From contig NMRA01000160.1 in NCBI GenBank assembly GCA_002633005.1, positions 145,640-209,639 on the forward strand: 64,000 bases of DNA. The letters run 5' to 3'. The notes under the pieces are model-generated. The model was not told where the DNA came from. It saw only the letters and a list, made by a program, of their open reading frames with translations, and ran no database searches. Shown here piece by piece: positions 1-11,800 of this stretch. This stretch comes from Phoronis australis (taxonomy: Eukaryota; Animalia; Phoronida). The position numbers and the translations under genes are program-made. Position 1 is the stretch's first letter. Each line of letters begins with the position of its first letter.

Positions 1-467
1 GAGTCTCAGAACTCCCACATGCAAATTTGATATGCAAATGAGGGAGTACTTGACTACTGCGCCATCTATACATCGACGGAAAAGCTTAAATACCCGTGAC
101 TGCGTGTGGGAAGTTGCGATTGAGTGCCCTGAAGTCGATATTTTTAAAGTACAATTACACCACTGTTTAAGGTTGCAAAGTGAGTTTTTTTGATATCCTT
201 CTGTAGAAAAAGCTTTAATCTCTCTGATAAAATCATCTGTTTCCTTTTAAACGAAACTTAAGTCCTGAAATTAGACCGGGGAAGGAGGCCAAAAACGGCG
301 GTTTAGCTAGTTGTCCCTTCCTGGTTATCTCTTCCTGGTGCTATTTATTTTCCGAAGAAGGGCATTCTTCACACAATCACTGATTTCTGGCCTCGTTGAT
401 TTGCCGAAAGGATAACATGTCTGATTAGACAAATTAAGGTTCAAAATGCAACTTGCAGCATTTACCA

Positions 468-613
468 GAAACATCACGTGCGGAAGCAGCCGAAATTCTG
501 CACGAAGCATCACGTGTGTGGAAGCAGCCAAAATTCTGCACGAAACATCACGTGCGGAAGCAGCCGAAATTCTGCACGAAACATCACGTGTGGAAGCAGC
601 CGAAATTCTGCAC
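468..613. repeat. 36-bp minisatellite, 4 copies (GAAACATCACGTG[C/T]GGAAGCAGCCGAAATTCTGCAC), each with a CACGTG E-box
   Basis: Direct tandem copies seen; they explain the repetitive ORFs 325-681. Confidence 0.9.
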
Positions 614-1825
614 CGTCTCAATTTATGAGCTGGCGATTGGCTAACCTGAGACATCATACAGAGTCACTCCTTGCTCAATAATGGTACATTTTGGGGGCAT
701 AAACATCCGCTCTTTTTTAAAAAAATGTGCTACTTAAAATGCGTATATTTTTCAAATATCATATGTTGAAGATATGCCTAGCTACACAGGAAGAACAAGG
801 TTCCCCTGACATGGTTACAGAAGGAAAAGACTAGTACGCCCCGCCGAGCCTGATTTAGGATTGTGAAGACGCTCAATCCACCAACTACTCTACTACCTTC
901 TGGAGACGAGGTTTTGTTATATCGAAAAACAGCGACTAAAATATTGATTAGGACTAAGACCACTGTGCCAATGGCTGATTTTGACCTTATCACTGGCATG
1001 GGTCCATCAAAGATCTTGTTTGCACAGAAGTCTCAGACACGTGAAGAAAGGCATAACTGGCAGAAAGTACACCCTATGGGATTTCTCAAAAATGAAGAAA
1101 TCTTTCACTGCAACAAAGCCATGTCATTTTACCTTGCTACATCCACGGTGAAAAAATTGAGGTTACAAAAATGACCAAAAGGTGCCATTTTTGCCATATT
1201 TTACACACAAATTCACGACTGCCCACTGTGCAAGAAAAGAGACCATCTTCAGAATGCTGTTTCACTCTAGATTCCACAAATTTAGGTTAAAATGTATCAT
1301 TACCAAGCAGTTTTCAGGCAACAGTGTCTATAGGTATCTGGATTCGCGCCAATAATTCAAGACCCAACAAGGATGTGCTCTCAAAATGGCCGCACTTCCG
1401 TATTCTAGTAGACAACTGCACAGTCCAAATTTCTGGACTCAGTTTACTCAAAACAGCTTCAGTGAACTACTGAATACCATTGGCAGCAATCACTTCCCAT
1501 GTAGTCGGCAAAACTGTCGTCAAACCCGACCCACCCCGTTTTTTTATTTTTGGGCCAGGTACACATCTAGGCCTCTACTCTGGCCTTAGACCTCAGGCTT
1601 ACTGTAACGTATCTAGAATTCTCCTGACGGTAATAGCCTACTGCAGCTCTGGCGACAAGGGAATAAACTTCCCTGCTTGGATAACACTGTCTGAAGCAAT
1701 AAGTGCATCTTTAGCCATGAGAAAACGGGCGAGATGAAAACAACTTTATGAAAGTTAGTTGTCTAAATCAAAAGGCGGGAGTTATTGGCCTTACACAGGG
1801 GTATTCCAGATTAACATAATACAAC

Positions 1826-1982
1826 CAGGTGTGCGGTCAGTAGACGCTAGGACCTACGCTAGGACCTAGCTAAAACCTAGTCAAAGTCACGTGTTCTTAC
1901 TTAAAATACACGGCAATATCTCACGAAATCTCGCAAAGTCTTGGTTTTTAGCGAGGTCCTAGCGTTACTGAACGGGAGGCAG
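1826..1982. mobile_element. MITE family A, copy 1 (TCAGTA..CGCTAGGACCT / AGGTCCTAGCGTTACTGA inverted ends)
   Basis: Inverted ends; homologous to 6198-6363 (reverse), 11501-11656 and 15136-15315. Confidence 0.75.
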
Positions 1983-2804
1983 TTGTCTCACTGGCTTCAC
2001 CAGAACTCGTGAATTAGCAATTTATAACCCACTGAGATCAACGGAGCCACTTTGAGTTACGCAACATCTGCCTGGTGTCTGGGTCGAAGTGTTGTACTTC
2101 GTTCACAAGGTAATCATATGAGCCCTTCCTGCTAAGTTCTTATTTGTTTAAAGCTTCATGAAACCGATTTTAACGCAAGCTAGTTCAGTCGAGCCCAAAT
2201 AATGCTCATTCAACACAACTTCAAACATTTTTAGTCAAACTTACTGAATTTAACAAGATAGTTTTAGTTTATTTTTATTATTTACCTAATATGGCCGTCG
2301 TAATGACCGCGAGTGACGACCGACTCATGTATTGTGATTTCTTACTCAACTGCCGCCATGTGTAATGCGGTTTCCGCGGAAACCCGACGCGCTTTTTAAA
2401 AAACCTATAAAAAGTAATTGTCAAAATAAGCCAAATACATACAGGGCTGAAAATTAAGAAACGTTTATATTTTAGTGAAATCTTTCGACAGACGAAACTC
2501 ATCATGCACGTGTTCTGGTGTATATAAAGACAAAAGTATCCCCAGCAAAGTTATAGCCAAGACGGAAACAGCAGACTATCTGGTATCCCACTCATGGCTG
2601 AGGACTGGGCTGTATAACTTAAGTGCTGACGTCACCGAAGCTGATCCCACCCGAGTTATTGTTATAAAAAACGGATCACTCGCACTACCCACGTGTCCCT
2701 AGTGGCAGACTTGTCTAGACCCTAATATCGCCCAGAAGGTGGCGTCGGGCAGTACACGGTGGAGCAACCGAAAAGTTCAGGGTCCACACTGTGCTCGGCC
2801 CATT

Positions 2805-2888
2805 ATGAAGAATCGTGCTTCGATCTGTCGCCATAACGGAGATTTGACGAAGGTTTTTCAACCTTTAAGTGCATTTAATGGAGAAAAA
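2805..2888 (+). CDS. Creatinase putative coding exon 1 (MKNRAS...FNGEK)
   Basis: Ends in NGEK, matching the N-terminal NG[DE]K of bacterial creatinases; phase 0 fits exon 2; donor GTGTAT is weak. Confidence 0.5.
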
Positions 2889-5800
2889 GTGTATTGTTCT
2901 GTACCATGGCTGGGAACGTAATTGCCAGGCAGATAACGAGAGCCTCGGAATCAAATTGTGACAGAGACAATGAATGTGATTGCACGGAAAGTTTCCATCA
3001 GTCTATTCTTGTTCAAGATTTCATGGGAATTCATGCTATAGTCCACACATACGTCAACACCCAATAGTAGAAGATGATATGTAAATGCCACACAAATACA
3101 AAATAATACACCCCCATGTCCATACCTGTCGTCATAATACTCGTCAAGCTCGCTCTCTAACTTACAAAATTACTACTATCCGCCATTTCATAAGTATATA
3201 CTGCCAACTGATCTGCCAACTTATCTGCCACTGATGACATTAAGTGCGGCGGGAAAACCAAACAATCATTAATATTTCTTTAAAATTCCTCAAATATTTC
3301 CCAAAATAAGTGCTTTTTTGTATCATAAAATTTTACATACGGCCTTAAACCTCAAAAAGTGCATAAATCTATTGTTAAAACGCTTAAAGAAAATGTTCAC
3401 TTCCTTTTTCAGGCCAGGACATTGTTTAGTGAGCAAGAACTGATGAGACGACAGGCAAATCTCCGTCGCTACATGACAGAGGCAGAACTGGACGCATGCG
3501 TACTGACTTCAATCCACAACGTAAACTATTTCAGCGGATTTCATTATTGTGGTTTTGGACGCAGCTACGCCCTGGTTATTACTCCTGACCGTTCCGTGAC
3601 GATTTCAGCTGGAATTGACGGTGGTAAGCCGTGGCGGCGATGCATTGGTGACAATGTAACCTACACCGATTATCAAAAAGACAATTTCTTCTACGCTGTT
3701 CAGCAAGAACTTCTGGATGTCAAAGGCAAGGTCGGACTAGAATTTGATCACGTGACCCTGGACGTCATGCAGAAATTTGACAGATTCTTGACCAACTCCA
3801 AAGTTGATGTTTCCTCTCCAACGATGTTGATTCGTTTAACTAAGTCGGAAGAAGAAATCGAAGTGATAAGAGAGGGCGCTCGGATCGCCAATGTGGGCGC
3901 CAATGCCATGATCGATTGCATCGCAGAAGGCGTGTCCGAATGTGACGTATCGTTGGCGGGAGAACAGGCCATTGTTCGAGAGATTGCCCGAACGTACCCT
4001 GAGTTGGAGTTGGCAGACAGTTAGTATACTTTACTTTGTCAAAAGGCATTCTGCGAAGTTGGTCTGTCTAAACAGCACATGAGCCTAACCCAAACTCATA
4101 ATCGTAGTGGACAGATACAAGTTATGATTCGAGCTCTCGTCCTAACGCCAACCTTCCTCTCTCATGTTTCGCTCACGTTTCTCTCTCCTCATGTCCTAAC
4201 AATATTGCAACTGTGTCTGTAATTAAGGGCGCTTCTGAACTAGGACTACTGGCAACAATAACATAACGACAACAGTAATAACGCTTACACTACGAACACC
4301 AGCACTGAAACTAAACCCTGGCACTAGCAATAACAGTGATACTATCATGATCAACGACAATAAATTTCCACAACGACAACTACACTAATATTAATAAAAA
4401 TAACAAACTGACGGTGACAGCGAAAACCTTTCGTTTAGTAACCATAAACTTTTTGTATCTTGGTTCTTTATTATTCTGCCTTTGTGTGCATGGAAGCGGC
4501 TGTAAATGTTTCATTATATTTAAGTAGATATAACTTGCCTTCCATCACAAAAACAATTTTGGTTTTGTATCCCTTTCTTAGCGTTATAAAAATGGTCTCA
4601 AATTATCGCTAAATATTCAAGTTAGAGATGATTTCAGGCCTTCGTAAGTACTGACAGGTCGTTATAGCTTGAGATCGACCTCTATAAGTTGGCTTATCAC
4701 GGCGTGTCACTTTGTGCACTCAAACTGGTCTCAATGAATAACGAACTGTCACTTATTTGCAAACTCAAAAATCATCAGCCAAGGAACAAGTTGAGGCCGA
4801 TGCTATACATGAAAATCCATTTCTTGGATAAACACGCGTGTTTATAACCTCCGTTTAAAATTCCGTGTTTTGATATTTTCCAGCATGGGCGTGGTTTGTA
4901 TCTGGCATCAACACCGACGGCGGTCACAATCCTCCTACATCACGAAAAATACAAAAGGGCGACATCCTCAGTTTGAATTGTTTTCCAGTGATTTCTGGGT
5001 ATGTTACACGTTGAAATGGGAGTTAATTATATATTTGCAATTAGGCCTAAAGAATAGTTGGTTCTGGTCTGTGGCTTTTTGAAATTGGAAGTGGTGATGC
5101 GCTCTTTAAGGCGCTCACTTTTTCAAAGAAGAAAATACACTTGAGACGAGCAAAATAATGGGGATTTGCTTTTTTTACTCAGCGCTTGACAAATCACGGC
5201 CTTTCAAACCTTGCTTACCATTGCTTACATGACTTTGTGCAACTTTTCACTCGAACCAACTTTACTTTTTTGGCCTTAAAACGTATCTATAGAGAGCACA
5301 TTTAAATACACGACACTTGTTGTTATTAACAGTCTTTATTTCGTTCCGTTCGTGTCCTCGGAACAAAGTTCTACACTCAACACTAGAACATTGGTAAAGC
5401 AAACGACCAAGACATGATTAAAAGACATGCGATATTTCTAAATATACTTGTTTCATTCTCAAATGGAAATAAAATGACGCAGTAATACCCCCACAGCATA
5501 AGCTGGAGGATACACAGTGGGACACGACAGGTGTGAAATACAGCAAAGAATGTCAAATGAAAGGGGTAACAGGAAAGTCACGCAAACAAGTGTAACGTGC
5601 GGCGCGACCCTGTTTGCTGCTCATTCAAAACAGGCTTCTCAAATGCAATCAAATGGGACTCCAATACTTTCAATCGCAGCACATCGGGCTCTACGTATCA
5701 AATCGACGTGTTTTCACAGTTTCTTGACATCGGGTGATTTTACGTTCGTGACATTGCAGAAAATGTTCTTGGGTGGCGCCATTTTGAAGATGCATAGATA

Positions 5801-8800
5801 ACCGACGGGAAAGACTGCAAACCGTTTGACCAATGAATTTGTATGCCCTATGAAGAATTGTCTTCGTTCAAATGTCAAGCAATGTTACGAATTTACTTAT
5901 ATTACTTGGTATTGTTGATCTCTGCATTCAAATAATCCTTTTTTGTTCAAGGAGTATTATGGCGTATTGTGGTCCGCAATAACAATGCTCGGAAAATGAT
6001 GGCGTAGTCTTGAACATTGCTCAATTATACCCATAGACTATCACTAGGCTGTATGTCGTATTGAAGCCAAATAGCACAATCACTAACATGAATTTCACGA
6101 AGAAACCACCTAGTATTCTGAAAAGTACAGTTATGATATCCTTAGGATTTAAGATGTAGTGAAGACCTTCTGATAACTGTTAACAGGAAGAGATAACCAG
6201 GATCCCGCCTCCCGTTCAGTAACGCTAGGACCTCGCTAAAAACCAGGACTTCGCGAGATTACGTGAGATATTGCCGTGTTTTTTTAAATGAGAACACGTG
6301 ACTTTGACTAGGTTTTAGCTAGGTCCTAGCTTAGGTCCTTGCATCTACTGAACGCAAGCCCAGTTATCTCTTCCTGCTGTTCATAACTACTTCCGTTTCC
6401 AGGGATGTTCATGGGAATTATGGAATGGTTGAGCAATCAAACAAATAATTCTCCGTAACATTCTCCGTTTTCCGTTTTGTATTATTTTGTGTATAGACTT
6501 GAATATTGCAGCGTAATTGATATCCTGACTATCTCAGTGGCACGGTCTGGCGACGAAATGACTTTATGAATGTGAAAGAGATCGCGGCGTTGACAACTTG
6601 GGTCTTCGATTTCCGCTCATAGTTTAAATTCAATGAAAACGTAGAAGTTACTGATGGCAGCCAATGAGGAATATATATTTATCTCATTGGTGGCAGTCTA
6701 CACGTGTTACTGTCCACTATACCAGTCGATTTTCAAAGAATTCCTCAGACAAACCGATTGGATCCAGTTGAATTAAGTTCATCGCATTTGTTTTCTCGTC
6801 CCTAATCTTATTTTGATGTTGACCTTATCTTCGATGTCATATTCCTGCCTGTCGGAAGTCTTGTCCAAGTTCTCGCGTCTCAATTAAACATGTCTCGTCT
6901 GGATCTCATAATCCTCTACCGCAAATATGGATTATAAGTTGACAGTAAAATTGATAAAAGTCGGCATGCGGGCCCTATTATTACAGTTTTGAAGACCGAC
7001 CGTGCCACATTTGTTTTTAGCCGCCACTGTAATTCCGTGCTCTCACAAGTTTTAACGTGGTTCCCAGGGCTCCCACTGTGACGTCACTCATAGCGTGTGA
7101 ACCAATCTAGAGAGTTATGTGGAGGAGACAACCACAAATCCATGACCTTAAATAGGCTACGTCTAGAAAAAGATTTTTTTGAGAACCTATAAAGCAACAA
7201 AATCCTTTTTCAGATACTATGCTGCTTTAGAACGCACAATGTTCTTTGATCACGTGAGTGAGGATGCTTTAAGAATTTGGAAAATCAACTGTCTCGTGCA
7301 CGAGAGAGGCCTGCAAATGATCAGACCGGGAGTACGATGTTGTGACGTTGCATTAGAACTCAACGCCATCTATGAGCAACATGGTCTCTTGAAGTACAGG
7401 AATTTCGGTTACGGACACTCGTTTGGCGTCATAAGTCACTATTACGGACGTGAAGCAGGTGAGTTTTGTAGACGAATACAAAACGCACGCATTATGAATG
7501 CGTTGATATATCAACTGTATTACTCGTCAAATATAGGTAGACCCTATGAAACTGTACGCAAACAGTTACACATAGTTAAGGATGGATTCCTCGAATACCC
7601 AAGGTTATAGTAATGTTAAAAAACAGCTTTTTTGGCGATTCCATTGTATTTGTGCCCTCATTTCAATAAGAATATCGTCAGTGTGATCAGTTCCAGGTCT
7701 ACCCAGTCAGTGCCTTCTACGATTCTACTCTACCCCACTGGCGTCCTCAGCTTCTGATCGTCCCCCGCCCAATACACTATAGTAGTAGTATTATATACAG
7801 TGTATTAGGGGCGATCAGAAGCTGAGGACGCCTGTGCTATACCCATAATGCTGCGTGTTCGCAGGGCACTTGGCCAACCATTGTAAGATGCTGCCGTACT
7901 CCTCAATAGTTTACATTGAGATTATCTCGTTGTTTGTCATTCTGATGCCAATAAAGCTTTATTGTTGCATTAGTTGTAATGCAGACATAACAAATAAAAA
8001 CTGCGTGAGCCATGGCTGATCGATTTTCATTTGTCCGACTCTGCTCAAAAATGTGTCAAAGGCCACCCTTTAGAACAGTCAGGCCCCTAGCCAGGGGGGT
8101 TCGGGGGTTCGATCGAACCCCCCCGAAAAATGTCCAGCCCCCGGCAGCATATCCATTACGGTTAGGATATATGTATATGAACAACGACAACAAAATTGTT
8201 GCACTTATTAATGATATTACTAACTACAATAATAATCAAGTTGGTACTAGTCCCGCGCCAGATAAACTAGACAATGAGTTGTAAGTTTAACGAGTTTAAT
8301 TCGCAGCCGACAATTCAACGAGGAGGACCCGGAAGGGCTCCCACCAAACACAGTCGTACGAATAACAATGCAATGGCGTGATTGGCCTCTTCTGTCACAG
8401 AACGTAATGAAGTAAACTTACACTAAGAACGGGTAGTAGAAAACAAAAACAGTAAACACAGTGCTAATAAGATTCCCAGTTACTATGGCGTTAACAAAGT
8501 ACAAAGTAAAATCAGTCATAAAGCCAATCGTCTGTTAGTTGCCAATGAGGTTTGTGGCGCTGCCTTTGCGATCTTCTCTGGGCCTCTATATGAGCAGGGA
8601 ATACGGGGGGTTCAACAGCAAGCGTTGTAGTAAAACCAGGCTGGCGGGATGCATCAGGGGGAGGAACGCTGGTGGCACAGCTGGGGCGGCAAGTGGGCCA
8701 CGTTAAGGTAGTACACGGTCGTTGCACCATGGACAGAGCTGGATCGCAGGACGAGGGCAACGATGAAACGGATACTGGAACAGCGGAAGACGGTGGGAAC

Positions 8801-11800
8801 TCGTCGTCGTCATCGTGGCCACAAGGGGCAGTGACAGGTGATGCAGCTGGAATGTCAGTAATCTCTGACGGAACACGGTAACACTCGCTGCGTTTGACAC
8901 GGTAAGAAGCATTACGTAACTGATCTCCAGAAAATTTCCGAACACAGCTGGATCCATGGTTGATGGAGCGCCGTTGTCGATGGGAAGAGATCAACAAGTT
9001 GTCATGAACTGGCACTTGGCAATTGCTGAACTGGTCGCGCTGAAACCACATATCTCTGGCAGACAATCCGGTGGAGCGAAGGCGGCTGTTCAATCGAGCA
9101 ACATCAACGGCCAGCTGTAAGGATTGCCGGCTCCATGCTCATCACGCAGTAACTCGTGTGACATCTCCTGTATGGCCTTCTCTGCGACAGGGTTATGGTC
9201 GGGATTCTTGATGCATCCGATCTCAATTGAAATGCGATGATGTTCTAGGAGTTTGTCCTTTTGAAGAGCCTGGAAACCTGAAGCCGGATGTGTACGGATA
9301 AATGTACGAAGGCCGTCTAACGAGCGCAGTTCGAGACACATTTGGAGAAGACTATTTCGGAGATCCTCGTGGCGTTCAGTTGCAATGATACAAGCCGCTG
9401 TGTAAGAAGAGACGCACTCTCGGAGTACCAAAATCAGCTGTTGCTCGCGCTTCATGACGTCAGCTGCAAACGACGTCCCAACGGTCGCAGGTGTATCAGA
9501 GGTACTCTGTAGGGTCGTGGTCTTGGGGAAAGAGCGCATTGAACAACATTGATGGTACATGCAACGATCAATGGCAGACTCTAAATCAAATTCAAAGAAG
9601 TATCGTTGGGTGACAATTTTCTGTTGATGGGAGGTGAAGTGATCCAGCCGTAAATGAAGTGCCGTGAGTAAGCCGTCCAAGATGGGACGTGGAGCGATGA
9701 TGCGCTCTTCATAAGCGACGAGAGGCTTTTTTCGCCGAGTCAAAATAAACCATCTGACCCGGAACCTTCGAAGGAGTGAACACGGCGTGTACCTGGCAAA
9801 GCTGCTCATCTCGTCGTAAAAATTGTGGTTCATCGGTGCTGTTGAACAGGCGAATCTGGCGGGTTGTGGCCATAGCTGGGAAACACCCGTGGAGCGGATG
9901 CTAATGCTGTCGCAGCGAGGTTCGATTGCAAGATGTTTTTCAGGATCGGTGAAATCGGACGGGGCCTCCAACTCAAGACAATCACCAGGCCAGATGGCTG
10001 TTGCGTGAGGTGGAGCACGTAATACGTGGAACGGCCGTGCTGTGGGTCGTGGGTATTGGTTTACGGGTTGGCCATAAGTGTATGTAGATCCGTCGGCCAA
10101 CGTAATAACCTTACGAGCAGGTCGTACTGAAATGTCGTTGTAAGTCATAAATGGGGTTGCTGCCGAGACGCCTACGTCAAGAAACTCGATAACAAGACCG
10201 TGAATATTTGTCACGTGTGAAGACAAGTCGAGTTTCTCCCACAACCTGTAGAGTAGATGTACCATCGGCCTGGAAGGCGGTTTGGGAATTTTTACGAACT
10301 TTCGCGCCCAACGAACGTGCACACGATGCGCTAATCATGTTTCCTGTTGCACCACAATCAACTGTCAAACGCACGGGGGTTTGACCAACAAATGTGTCGA
10401 GATAAGGAGACTGGACTATGTGGACGCGAAGCGCGATAGCGGAGTCAGGACAGAACTGCTCGCAAGATATTGTGTCTTGAGCGAAGTCCTCCTCGGTGGC
10501 GTCGTCAACGTCGGTGGACCGGGCCTTGAGAAAGGCGCGCTTGTCGTCAGGCGGGAGGAACGGGCACCGAGACAAGAAGTGGTCTGAGGGAGTGCGGCGG
10601 GCGGTGGTGCATAAGACGCACGACGGGATTCTACGGCGGCGAGGGGGGTTTGTCTTCGAGCTGGTTAAGCGCATGGAGCGAGTGTCCTCGATACACCTAA
10701 GCTCATCAAGTAGTGAGTTGATAGCTTGAGAAATTTCAGTCTTGATGGAGGCAAGGGACTTGTTGCGCAACTTTGCGCCGTATCGTTGCTTAACTAGTTG
10801 GGGTAAACCTGAGTTGACCATCGGTAACCATAAGAACACAATAGTATTTTCGAGGGAGGGAGTCATGTCTTCGTCGATGTCGACAGCTTCGCCATGATGC
10901 GTGCGTTATGCCACACCCAACGGTGAGTAAATTATCCTAAAAAAGCAGTGAGGCGCTGGAATAGGTCTTCATGACGTTCATTTGGACGTAATGATATGAG
11001 TCCCAGGTTTAAGAAATGTAGAATTACGGGATATGATGGGACAAAAATTAGCAATTTGTCCCAGCATGAGTTCTAAATGAGCCAGTTTCATGTGAGCAGA
11101 ATGCCGCTGCGGTTTAGGCGTGTCGTCGGGGTCGTCGGTCAGACCACGCAGTGGAGCAGCGACTGTTTTTTTAGCCAACTAACGCCGTCGACAAGAAATG
11201 ACGCAAAGTCAGGGTCCAATGAAAAGATGTATAATAAATTCTGCCTCCAGCTATCAAATGAAGTAATGGTCTCATTTTTAGTGAGCGGCCACTGTTTTAG
11301 AGCTCGGGTTGTAGTCATGCCATTGCCACCACGCCAGATAAACTAGACAATGAGTTGTAAGTTTAACGAGTTTAATTCGCAGCCGACAATACAGCGAGGC
11401 GGAACCGGAAGGCTCTCACCAAACACAGTCGTACGAATAACAATGCAATGGCGCCGTAATCACTTCGGGCCGTACGTACGTGGCAACTTTGCCAAGTGAC
11501 CAGGAGTGAGTTCAGTAACGCTAGGACCTATGCTAGGACCCAGCTAAAATCTAGCTAAAGTCACGTATTCTCGTTTAAAATACACGGCCATGTCTCACGT
11601 AATCTCACGAAGTCTTGCTTTTTAGCGAGGTCCCAGCGTTACTGAACGGGAGGCAGACGTTTTTGTATGGCTGACAGGATCGTGCAGACGATTATCGGAC
11701 ATTTCATGTTATTACATCGCGTCCACCACGTACGTTGAACGTGCGTTATGGCTATACCATAGGGTAACAAGGACCTAGAAGTAAATGTCTATACTTACAT

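Larger units (their letters stand above)
8256..11453 (-). mobile_element. Non-autonomous LTR retrotransposon (Gypsy-like, Troyka-type hallmarks): degenerate gag, protease and integrase; no RT/RNase H
   Basis: 122/123-bp direct repeats at 8256-8378 and 11332-11453; CCG on both flanks; PBS-like TGGTGGCA; gag MTTTRALKQWPLTKNETITSFDSWRQNL from 11318; protease LTVDCGATG; integrase H..H..C..C, FAADV and NPVAEKAIQE; frameshifts. Confidence 0.88.

Noticed and set aside
325-681. Overlapping repetitive ORFs
   Set aside because: By-products of the 36-bp minisatellite
3359-4024. Bacterial contaminant or truncated creatinase pseudogene
   Set aside because: The apparent stop lies in the intron donor (GTTAGT); the rest of the protein is in downstream exons with proper splice sites
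5513-7080. CACAGTGGGA...TCCCACTGTG as Transib/ProtoRAG RSS-like ends (another CCCACTGTG near 1222-1230)
   Set aside because: Only 10 bp of inverted match, no TSD, no nonamer at 12/23 spacing, no transposase
8512-9093. 193-aa ORF as a retroelement env or extra gene
   Set aside because: Its start (NSRLRSTGLSARDMWFQRDQF) continues the frameshifted integrase; the rest is a Pro/Ser-rich tail without a signal peptide or TM segment
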